Positions 29,959 through 43,298 of a DNA stretch of 64,000 nucleotides are shown here, in pieces; position 1 is the first letter of the stretch, and each line of letters begins with the position of its first letter. The notes under the pieces are model-generated. The model searched no databases and had not been told where the DNA came from. It was given only the letters and a program-made list of their open reading frames with translations. Source of the DNA: the human T2T-CHM13v2.0 reference genome, Homo sapiens; the NCBI RefSeq assembly GCF_009914755.1, contig NC_060935.1; one strand, 5' to 3'. The position numbers were made by a program, and so were the translations under genes.

Positions 29959-29974
29959 ACGTGCACGTGCATGT
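29919..29974. repeat. (GT)19 microsatellite followed by GCACGTGCACGTGCATGT
   Basis: Read directly from the sequence. Confidence 0.95.
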
Positions 29975-31219
29975 TTGTGTATGAGATTTTTTCCCCATAG
30001 AAAATATAAGCAATTCAGTCATAAGAAATTCTATCTCCAAGGCTGCAGTAAACTATCACACCTGTAGGCTTTTATTTTTCACAGAGGACCCTGTAAAATC
30101 CAAGGCAGCAAATCAGAATTCTGTGTGGTTTAGAGGGAATGCAACCACAGATTCCAGCCAAGAGGGAAAAGCTCAATTATACCATTCTTTACATGCCCAG
30201 TCTCGTTCTCAGAAAGCCCCATGTAAGTGAAATGTGATCCACGATCATGGCCAGGGCAGAGGAAATACAAGCTGCAAGCCCCTGCATTATGCATAGTGAA
30301 TATCCTTTAAGGTGTTGGTGCTGGAACAGCAGGTCTAATACCCACTTGCCTGATGGGCATGATGAGCAAGGATTTCTGAGTGATGTCATTCCCTTTCAGG
30401 GACTGTAGTTGACTCATGGGCTGGCTGAATCCATCTATTCAAAACCATTCAATGCTGAGAGTCCAGCCTTCTACTCCTGGATACTTTTGTGCACAGGACA
30501 ATCAAGGAAGGAGATCTAAGATGATGAGATGCCCATGTCTGTTTCTCTCACACTGTCTTACTGCCCCCACTGCTGGAAGCATTCTTCTTTCAATCCCCAT
30601 CCTTCCACACCATTGACTGCAGTCATAGCCAGCTCCTAAGCAGCCCCGTAAAGGCAGGAACCACTAGATCTCCAAAAAAATGCCATCACAATATACCTGA
30701 GCAAGGTGTGCTTGAGAGACATTTACAGTCTTTTTTTTTTTTCACGTATCTGCCTGCTTCTACAGGTGACAGCTCCTCCAGGTCAGGGAGCTCACCTGGG
30801 TGTTCATGGAGTCCTCCGCAACTCATCCAGAGACTTGCACCTAGTAAGAGCCCAGTAATGCTTGTTGAATAAAGGGGCTGGCAATTTACCATTTGCCTTT
30901 GATGTGGTTAATAGCCCACACGTGTCTAGCTTTGTGGTCACATGCAGTGCCCCCAACTAGGCTACGGTGCTTCCGTCCTGTACAGAGAAGTCTGAATTCA
31001 GATATGATGACATTTTTAGAGCCTGCTTTATAGTAAGGTTGCACCAGTTATTCAGAGTTTCCTCTGGAATCACCAAGTGGTGAGGTAGGAAACAAGGGAA
31101 TTAGCAGCCACTGCAGCCTTTATAAATAAGAGACTTCTGTAAGCTGAGGAACAGTGTGCACAGATGGGGAAGGGAGGGAGGAGGACATTGGCTTCACAGA
31201 CAGAAATTAAGAGTAACCC

Positions 31220-31609
<390 letters not shown>

Positions 31610-33621
31610 CTACACTATTTCCTCTAGGTTCTGTTTCTACCAATGTTCCAGAAGGCATTTATCTTCTCTCCCTCTCTTCCATACACAGCGTTCCTCTGTG
31701 TTGGAAGTGGGAGATAGGCATGAATAAGACCTGTCTCTGCCTTTGAACACTCACAGCTAGGTGGGGAGGAGTGGTGTGTTAGCCAGTAATTACGACACAG
31801 GATGTTCTCTGGTTTGATTCCAGTGTGCTATGGTAAGAGAACCACCTAAGAAGAAGAATAGAAAGATAGTCTGATCCTGGCTTTACTACTATTTTTTTAA
31901 CAAGTCAGCCCCAATTTCCTCATCTGTTAAATGTAAACCATAACACTTACTTTACCTAACAAAGATGATTGAGTTGTTTTAAACATTTATTGAGTTAATC
32001 CATGAAAATGCACACTCAAAGGATAAAGTTCTGTAGACACCAGGCCTCCTTCTCCTTATCATCATCATCATCACTACCATCATTATGATTTTGTCTATTT
32101 AAACACACGCGTGTGTGTGCGTGTGTGTGAGACAGAGAGAGAGAGAGACTGCACATGAACGGATGTGCATACACCTCGTGAAAGGGCATGAGAGGAGGGA
32201 AGAAGGACCACCGATCAGGAAAATACTTAAAAGGGTCCATGTAGAACGAGGAATCAAATGCAAAACCTGCCATGATTTGCAAAAAGAAGCTGCTTATGTA
32301 TTATGCTCAGATGCAGCTTTCTCAAGATATTCTCAATCCTAGGTTCTTTGGCTTCTGTTTCCTCCTGTGTCATCCACTGGTAAGAATGAGTGATGGCCGC
32401 ATTAATTGACACCTGTCTCCTAAATTGGGCCTTTTGTTACATATCACATGAGAGTCATTTTATTATTTTATTATTACCTTTTTATAAAGCATTATCTGCT
32501 TGTGGCCATTAAGCCACCACTTTGGAAGAAAAGACATTGCTGGCTTTTCCTAAGGGAGTTAATGAGTTGCCCTTGAATGACCTGAGAAGCTCATTATTTA
32601 TACAGATTCTTAGGGGTAGAGGCAGAGAAGCAAATAAACTGAGAGGGAAGAGATAGACACTGGACAAAGACTGTGGTTATTCAAGCAGGAGCACTTTGCC
32701 TTGCACAGGGTGACCTTTAGGCTGTGAGGTCCCTGAGCCACACTGTGCAGAGATGGTGCAAAAATACTCTTCCCATCTCCAAGTCTCAGCATCTGAGACT
32801 TGTTAGGGGAAGGTGCAGGAGAGGCATGAGGTGACATCTGTAACACAAGTGGGTGGCTACCGCTGGAAGGCTCTGACCCCCACCAGACAAACGTCAGTTT
32901 TACAAAAGAGAATCCTGACATCTGTGTACCCAGTCTCTCCAGGGTCTGGGCAAGTGGACAGGGGAGAAGCAGGTTCTGCAGTGTGTGTGCTGGGTTGGCA
33001 CACATATTACGAAATCCTACGTGTGTCAGTACTATCTGCCTGTTCTCTGCTCTCCGTGCCATGAACGGTTCGTGTTATTTATGATCCAAGCAGCTCTTGA
33101 CATGTTACTAATGGTGAAGTGAAAGGCAATGAGTAAAGGTCCTCCAGTGAGAGAAGCCTAAAATAAGGCTCTTAATCATCTCCTCTTCCCTTTCCTTGTC
33201 ATAATCCAGAAAGGCTTTTTTTGTACAGCATTAGACCCAGCAATAATATGAATTTGGCCATGAGGCTGATGTAGAAAGTTAGGGATCAAAGCGTTCTTTA
33301 TGGGACATTTACCTGCTGAGAAGCAAAGGGCGTAGATTCTGGTTGTAATTGTGCTAGTGGGCAGAACAAGAGCGGCAAAGAGGCCCATTATGGTCCCTGG
33401 CCTACAGAAACCCCAAATTCACATTCAGAACAAGAACTCAGACTTCAAGTGGAGCCTTTCCTGGTACACCAGGAAAAAGCTTTCCTTCTGATACGGTCGT
33501 AATACTTTCGTGACATGCTGACTTATAAGCCCTAACTATGTAGTCAGCATCTGGATGTGCAAGGTGTTATGCTGGGAGATCTGAGGGATATAGGACATTG
33601 TCACTGGTCTTCTGGAACTCA

Positions 33622-34077
<456 letters not shown>

Positions 34078-35394
34078 TCAGGCAGCACATTGTGCTTGAA
34101 TTGGATCTTAGAGACTGGGAAGCGCTTTGAAAGCACAGAGGAGGACAACTATTGCAAATTGGCTGAAAAACAATATAAATCCAATTATATATTCATTGAT
34201 TCATTCAACAAATGTCATTGAGCAGTTCTCATGCGCTGGACACCTTGCTAGGCCCTTAGGATATAGTGGTGAACAACACAAAAAAACATGGAGAACTAAG
34301 CGTGATGACAGTGCATGTGGTATGGACATGGGGGGGGTCAAATGGTAGGTATGAGAAAAAGGCTTGAGCAGTATGGCCAGTGCAGTCATCTCAGGTGCGG
34401 TTCCTACAGGCTGCCATAGAACACAGTCTCATCACTTGTTGACCCGGTGTTGGTGTTTCCATCTGCAAATTAGGGAAACCACACCCACTGTTTCTTGAAA
34501 CCATTCGTAAAGTTCAGCTTGAAAGGTGCAGAGTGTTGATGGGCAAAATTACCTAAGCAGTTACATGTGGTTTCTCTTTATCTGTTTCAACTGGATGGGT
34601 GATTTGTTGAAGTGTGCACAAGGAAATCATGCTAACAGGTTGGCCAATATGTTAAGATCATAGCTCTCCCTGCATAGTGCCATTTCAATTATTGCTCAGT
34701 TAAAAGAAAGTCTTTTCTCTGGATTGAATGGTCCACTATTGTTAGATTACTTATTAAAAAGGATTGATAGGCTGAGGCTGTTTTCACTTAGGATTTGTAT
34801 GACATGTTCATAACTGAAATGGAGAGTTGCCATAGTTACCTGAGTGAGCTGTTAAACAGAGCAGAGTCTCCACTAAAATCTCTCCATCAAGGTCAACTAG
34901 ACATTTTCCATCAGCACCAAATAATTTGCTGGCTAATGGAAGTTAATGAAATTATTAAAAGAGTAGAAGAAATTGAAAATGAAGTTAATAGGGATATATT
35001 TTATATTTAAATATGTTTTAGTGACCAGCCATTTCTATGGGGTTCTAACCAGCTGGAAATTTTGGAGTATAACTAGACATCTGGAGAGAAGTTTAGAGTA
35101 AAAACACATTTGGATTTTGGCACAGATTACTGCCTTCGAATCCAGCCCATCATTAACAGCTTCTGTACAGTATTGTTCTTCCTCCAGGGGCAATAAAAAT
35201 GAAGCAAACCTTTGTTCAACCTAAACTTCCTTTCTTGGTCAGCTGTTCCTGCTGACTTCCCATCCTAGTGGCCCTACTGTTTCCATTGGAAACGTCAGAA
35301 TGGAGAGAACCACAGACTGCTTGCTTTAGAAGTGGCATGTTCAAATCCAGTAATGCAAGAAGAAAATAGACACTGTTTATGAAACAATCACTAG

Positions 35395-35530
35395 CTTAGT
35401 GCTTCTCAAACCTTAGTGTGTATACAAGTCACCTGGATATCTTGTTACCATGTAGATTCTGATTCAGCAGGTACAGGATGCGGACTGGGTGTCTGGGTCT
35501 AAAAAGCTCCCAGGTGCTATCAATACTCCT
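35395..35530. mobile_element. MER5-family DNA transposon interrupted by Alu
   Basis: gtgcttctcaaaccttagtgtgtatacaagtcacctggatatcttgtt...gattctgattcagcagg...aagctcccaggtg. Confidence 0.7.
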
Positions 35531-35531
35531 A

Positions 35532-35838
<307 letters not shown>

Positions 35839-36723
35839 CTAGTTCACACACCAAATCTTGAGAAGGAAGGCCTTTGTTTGTTTCATCATTTGCTTATTGG
35901 TATCATCATATACATATCAACCTTATATGCCACACCATCTTCTTGCTTGACACACACATGATCTGTCCCACTGACACTGGTGTTAGAGTTTGCTGACACT
36001 AAGATATTACACAGCTTCCTATTTATCAGGTTTACATGGCATGGTGCACCTAGGGCTCTCCAATACCTTTTGTGGGATTGTGCTCTCAATTTACAATTAC
36101 CACTCTTCATAAACACGTAAATAACTCAATAAACAAGTAAACATGGAAACAGCTCAAATGTAGAGTTAGTGACATGTTTCATCACAGGGCAAAATGGCAT
36201 TTAAGTGATCTTTACTCTTTAGCAATGAATGAAGCATAAATCAAATGTAAATCTGTCAACTCAAGGCAAACCAGAATTCTACTGGCAGGTGGCATTGACG
36301 AAAAAAGTATAGAGTATGAGTGAAGTCCAAAATTGTTATTTATATAAAACATGGAGTCTCAGTATGGCTCAGGCTGAAATTTTACAGTATAGTCTATTTT
36401 TGAGGACAATCCATTGTTAGGCATTTTGCGTGCATGTATCTGGGGGATGGGGGTAATCTATACATTAGCCAGATTAGCCATCTACATGGCACAAATCTAC
36501 TGGACAGTATCTAACTCAAGATTTACCAATAATCATACATGGAAAAAAGGTGCTCAGGGCAGCCGTTATGTTCAACTTAGAGATTTGCATTATTCTATAC
36601 CAGTCTGAAAAATGGCACCCCACCTTGAACATACATACACTGAATTGGTCAGATTCTCACTTTTTCTTTTCCTTCAAAAAAGATGTTCTAAAAATAAGTA
36701 AAGAAGAGGTCTCTTCATTATAG

Positions 36724-37380
36724 ACCAGTGGTTCACCTGGAGGACTTTTTAAAACACAGATTGCTGGGCTCTACCTCTAGAGTTTCAGGTCTGAGGTGGG
36801 CCTAAGAATCCGGATTTCTAACAAGTTTCCATGTGATGCTGATGCTGCTCATCCAGGAACCACAATTTGCAAACCACTGTTCTAGATCATTACTTTATAC
36901 CCTTGGCTGCATGCTAGAATCATCTGGGAGCACTTTTGAAAATACCAACACCTGTGCTGAAATCCACACAAACTAAATCCAAATAGGGGGAGGGGTGGGT
37001 AGTGGGACACAACTATGGGTAATTTTTTGTTTTGTTTTGTTTTGTTTTTATTTAAATTTTTATTTTAGATTCAGATGGTACATGTGCAGATTTGTTCCAA
37101 GGGTATATTGTGTTATGCTGAGGTTCAGCTTCTCTTGATCCCAACATCCAGATAGTGAACACAGTACTCAACAGGAAGTTTTTCAGCCCTTACTCCTCCT
37201 CCTCTGTCCCTACTTTTGGAGTCCCTGGTGTGTTCCCATCTTTATGTCCATGTGTACCCATGGTTAGCTCCCACTTATAAGTGAGAACATGCAATATTTG
37301 GTTTACTGCTTCCCAACTATCAGTAATTTTTAAAGCTCCCCATTTGGATCTAACCTTCAGCCAAGGCTAAGAACTACTAG
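36724..37380. mobile_element. Adjacent MER5A and MER5B-like DNA transposons, the second split by an L1 fragment
   Basis: cagattgctgggctctacc...tttctaacaagtttccatgtgatgctgatgctgct...aaccactg; ggctgcatgctagaatcatctgggag...; resumes tttaaagctcccc after the L1. Confidence 0.7.
37028..37312 (-). mobile_element. L1PA (old, L1PA15/16-like) 3' end, 5'-truncated, with TSD
   Basis: ggtacatgtgcagatttgtt...gctcccacttataagtgagaacatgcaatatttgg; TSD caactatgggtaattttt / caactatcagtaattttt. Confidence 0.82.
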
Positions 37381-38629
37381 GTATAATGGAAAGTTACCAT
37401 CTTGCAGCTGAGTACAAGGACATTACCTCAAGATTATACTAGCCCAGGTATATTATAATGATTCTGAGACCATAACTGAACAAAATAATGGGCAGATAAA
37501 ATGTTCCACAGCTATGGAGATATAAGCCTGTGGAATATTTCAGCTCTATCACCTAATGTGAAGATTATCTTCCTGGCATTTGCTGTGTGTGTGGGTGTTT
37601 GGCACTTGGACTCCAAAAAGGCTGTCAGTTCTCCCAGGCAGGGCTTCTTGTGCAGAAGATAAACCAGAGGATCCACCTGCTTCACTAAGTCCACTCCTCT
37701 CAAGGGGACTTCCAAAAGGGTGTCATTTTTCTAGTGAAATCATAACATGGTTCAGAAACTCAAGAAGGATATGTGATACTTCTTTCTGCTTCCTCACTCA
37801 ACAGCTTTCTCTACCTCCTGTCTCATCACAATCTTCCAGTTGGCAAGAAGTTAGAGAGGGATAAGTAAGAAGATTCCAAAATGCTCTAAGCTTGCCAAGC
37901 CATAATATGTACCATGGCTTGCTGTTTTAATCTTGAAGAAAGGATCCAATCTAGGGACACGAAAGATGAAGTAAAATCTATAAGTTGGATTTTAGTTGCG
38001 TTTAAGAATTATTTGCTATAGTTAGAACATCTGCCATTCTTACACTCAAGGCTTGAGATTTCTTTACAAGGAAAAAAATTTAAGATTTTAAAATTCTAAA
38101 TAGAAAGATTCTCCATTTCCTACAAATGGTCCTTCAGTCTTTGCCTTAACTACTTGGAGGGAAATATTTTACTTGACCAAATTGTTTATTCTGATTTTTT
38201 TTTTTTTAGTAATTAAAACGTTATTTTCTTTTCTTTAAAAAATGGAACTAAAATACGCTTCCTATTAACTTCTACCCTTTGTCCTACACCAATTGTCTAG
38301 GACCATCCAAAAAAACCTAATTCTTTTTCTATGTTAGAAATATTTATTAAATGCCTACCATACTAGGCATGGAATGAGGTACAAAGATGAAACAATCCCT
38401 TTAATTAGGGGTAGAAAGACAAAAGCATAAATTTCATAACAGAGCTATACAAAATCTGTAGCGAGAGTAATCACAACTACCAGAAAGTCTGAGAACTACC
38501 TCAAAATAAACACTATTTAAGATGTATGTTGGGAGAATGGGTAAAATATCAGCAGGGTCCAGGGTAGAAATAAAAAGATACTCCAGACATTCCTGGGAAA
38601 GAGAACAGCATACATAAAGGCAAAGAATG

Positions 38630-39485
<856 letters not shown>

Positions 39486-41132
39486 ATTTCCTAGTGGGCA
39501 AGGATCACATCTGTCTTGCACAGAAATAGAATACATAGCTCATGGTGTGTGCACGTACATATTTTGTTCTCACCCATGTCACGTGCAGAAAAAGATCTCC
39601 AAAAAGTTAGCCTATGAGCAGGAAATTAGGAAAAAATGAATATGCAAAATGAGGTGAGGCATTTGTTGCAGTACCTTTTACCCTTTAATTCATTTATTCA
39701 ACAAATAAGTTATTAAGGACCTATTGTGTGCCAGGCCTGCAAGGTAGTAAGGATTCAGCAGTGAACAAGACAGACAATAGTTTGCCAGAGTGCATGCCCT
39801 AGTAAGTCTAATTACCTCAGAACTAACCACATTTAGATTTTAGATATCAAGTACAAACTGGCAAAGATAGTTATTTTTGCATTTATAAAGTTATAGAGTA
39901 ATTCTTTGATTTACATACTCTGAAGAAACAATATGTGAATGACAACAGAAAGGTCAGCATGACAGTAACAAGAAAGTAGAACTCAAAAATAGGAATCTGT
40001 TCTGTGTTTGCCTTGTTCACAGACAGATATGAGTCATTCTGCAAACATAAACCTATAGTGGAGATGGATATAGCGTGTTCTTAGCGTTCTGACAACAGCC
40101 ATGACAATATTTCTACCAAATACTGTAGCTCTGATTCCATATCTAACAAGTAACTTACCTTGTAATTTGTCCTCTCTACCTGTAGGAAAGGATTAATTCA
40201 TCAGTGTATTTGGGTGTTCTGGACTGCTGTATGTTACAGTTCTCATTGTAAAAGTCCAAGTGGTATTTGGGCTTATATATTAGTCTCTTCTGAGTTTGGC
40301 AATGTGAGCTATTTCTGAAAGTTTGATAACATTTATATTAAATTCTGTAACATGATGACCATGCCCAACATACTGCTACTTTCTGATGCTTATGGATACA
40401 ATATTAGAGTAAAAATTAAAATATGTCTACTTAAGTGTTACATCTCATTCAATAATATATAGTGAGTGCCTTCTTCATTGCATGATATCTACAAGGAGAT
40501 ATGTGGATACAGAATGTGTAAGAGAAAACATCGCCTTCAAGTAGGCTTTCCTGGATAAAGATATTTCTTGATAACTTTTATCCAAGGTACTTAAATTTCA
40601 AACATAATGAACACATTGAAAAGGAACCATTAAAAGAAATCATTCTATTAATATAAAATAAATATATTCCTGTGTCAGTGTTCTGCAACCTATATTCTGA
40701 TTTCAATTTTTGTTGAATGCCATTTGGGAGAATGTAGATCGGTAAGCAAAGTAAAATATATTACATTTTCTTATCATTTTTTATTAGTCATTATTATCAT
40801 TTTCTTATCGATTTTAAAATTTCGCAAGCACCCAGATCTGCTATTTTTCAGCCATTTACATGTCTTCATGCATGGGAGTGGTAGCCCGTATACAGTCATT
40901 ACACACCTGGATTATTTTCCCTATGAAAGACCTGTGTGAACATTCAGCCTTCTCTTGGTCAATCGACTTGGCAGAAAAACAGTTTAAGAAAATAAAAATA
41001 TTAAAATATGGAATATTAATTGAAATATATTTTATGTTTTTAAGAAACATATTTGTACTTCAGATGAGGAGTATGAGAATACAATAGAAACCTTTAAAGG
41101 CTGTGTATATTACCAGATAAGAATGGTTTATA

Positions 41133-41458
41133 GGCCAGGCATGGGGGCTCATGCCTATAATCCCAGCACTTTGGGAGGCTGAGGCAGGCAGATTGCTTGA
41201 GCCCAGGAGTTTGAGACCAACCTGGGCAACATGGTGAAACCCTGTCTCTACAAAAAATACAAAAATTAGCTGGGCGTGATGGCATGTGCCTCTAGTCCCA
41301 GCTACTCAAGAGGCTGAGGTGGGAGTATCACTTGAGCCCAGGAGGCAGAGGTTGCAGTAAGCTGAGATCATGCCACTGCACTCCAGCCTGAGCAACGGAG
41401 CAAGACCCTGCCTCATTGAAAAGAAAAAAAAAAGAAAACAGAAAAAAGAAAGAAAGAA
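41133..41458 (+). mobile_element. AluJ with (GAAA) tail
   Basis: J-type gattgcttgagcccaggagtttgagacc. Confidence 0.88.
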
Positions 41459-42434
41459 CAGTTTATAATTAGACATTGCTGACAATTATTCTTTGTAGTT
41501 GTTTAGTGCTTTATAGCTCATAAGGTCTTTGTAATGGTTCTCTAAGACTTCTTTACATTCTATTAGTCTCTGAATATGACTTACTGAAGATTATACAGCT
41601 AAGTGGCAGGACACAGGACTCTATTTTTTCCTTTAAAGTCCTTATTACAAAATAAATACAAACTACTTTGTTTACTTGTTTACTGTGTTTCTCACCTATT
41701 GTGTTACTCACCACTACTAAAGTTCCAGGTAAGCAGGCACCACACCTGCTTTATTCCTCATTGTACCCCAATGCCTGGAATAGTCCTTGCACATAATACA
41801 TTTTTGATGCATTTTTAATGAATTAAGGCAAGATATCAAATGTCTCTGATTCTAGTGCTTTCCTCCTTATACAACATTAGTGAGTACTTCAGGATTCTGG
41901 GATTATTTATTTGTTTAGAAGATCATGCTTCCCATATATTTGAAGCCAGTCAAACTCTTGTTCAAATACTATACTGAAATAAAAAGAGTCAAAGAAGTTT
42001 TGCTGTATGTAAATTAGTCTATACTTCTTTCCTTCAAATTCTATTCAACATGTCCAGCTACTTGATACATAGAAATTTTATAATAATATTCTCTACTTTT
42101 ACTTACCACATTGTGGTAAAAAGTAAGTGGCATGTTTCAACTAATCCAGCCAGTATTGTTTTTATTTCCTCAAGCTAAGAGGGGTAAACAGAAATGGTTA
42201 CCATGGAAAGTCATAAATACCACTGACTGCTATTTCCTCATTTGCTACTCTATCATGTATTAGGAGAATAAACCAAACTCTCCTTCTAAAAGTCGAGTTG
42301 CAGGCATGTGTAGGGCATTACATCCAGAGCTTCTGCAGTTCATTAGATTGCCCAGCTATAGCAGAAGTAGGGATGATAATAACAGTGGACACATATTGAG
42401 CATTTACCCAATGCCTGGTATTGCACTAGCAACA

Positions 42435-42804
42435 TGCTATGGTTTGAATGTGCCCCACAAAGTTCATGTGTTGGAAACTTAATCCCCAAAGCAAGTGTTG
42501 AGAGGTGAAACCATTAAGAGGTGATTAGGCACAGTCCTCATGAATGAGTTAATGCTGTTATTGTGAGAGTGAGTTAGTTATCATGGGCGTGGGTTCCTAA
42601 TAAAATAATAACTTTGTCTCTGTTCCCCCTTTATCTCTTGCCTTTCCATCTTCTACCACGGTATGACACAGCAAGATGGCACCTTACAAGATGCCAGCCC
42701 CTTGGACTTCCCAGTCTCCAAAACTGTGAGAAATAAATCTTCATTCTTAATAAATTACCCAGTCTCAGGTATTCTGTTATAGCAACACAAAACGGACTAA
42801 GACA
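42435..42804 (+). mobile_element. MSTD-like MaLR solo LTR inside a reverse MIR (~42375-42960)
   Basis: tgctatggtttgaatgtgcccc...ttggacttcccagtctccaaaactgtgagaaataaat...tattctgttatagcaacacaaaacggactaagaca. Confidence 0.82.
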
Positions 42805-43200
42805 ATACATTATCTCATTTCATCCTCACACCAGGCCTATCAGTTAGGCCTGATATTTCTTCTTATTATTACACTTTTACAGAGGAAGAAGCTGATACTT
42901 AGAGATGTTAAGTTTTTAAAGTTCACTCAGCTAGTAGGTGGCAGAAGAGAGGTCCCAACCCAAGGCTTTTTTTTTTTTTTTTAAACCGTGGTAATGATTT
43001 TATAGTATTTTTGTGCTGGAAATAGATAACTGAATGAAACAAAACTGAATAATTACTTACAGTAAAGGTCAGCTTTTTCTTACAATTTGTGTAGCTTTAT
43101 TTCCTAAAAATTGGCATTTTTTTCCTATCTTTAGAGGAGTGATTCTTCTGGCTCGCTGCTCAAGGCTGCATTCTTAATTCCTAATAGTGACATACATCTC

Positions 43201-43298
43201 TGAACCTGGGAGGTGGAGGTTGCAGTGAGCCAAGATCATGCCACTACACTCCAGCCTGGGCAACAGAGTGAGACACCATCTCAAAAAAAAAAAAAAAA
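43201..43298 (+). mobile_element. Alu right-arm 3' fragment
   Basis: tgaacctgggaggtggaggttgcagtgagccaagatc...tctcaaaaaaaa. Confidence 0.88.

Noticed and set aside
33457-33476. Near-palindrome TTTCCTGGT-AC-ACCAGGAAA (similar 9-bp-arm hairpin at 51354-51380)
   Set aside because: 9-bp arms are expected about once or more by chance in a window this size.
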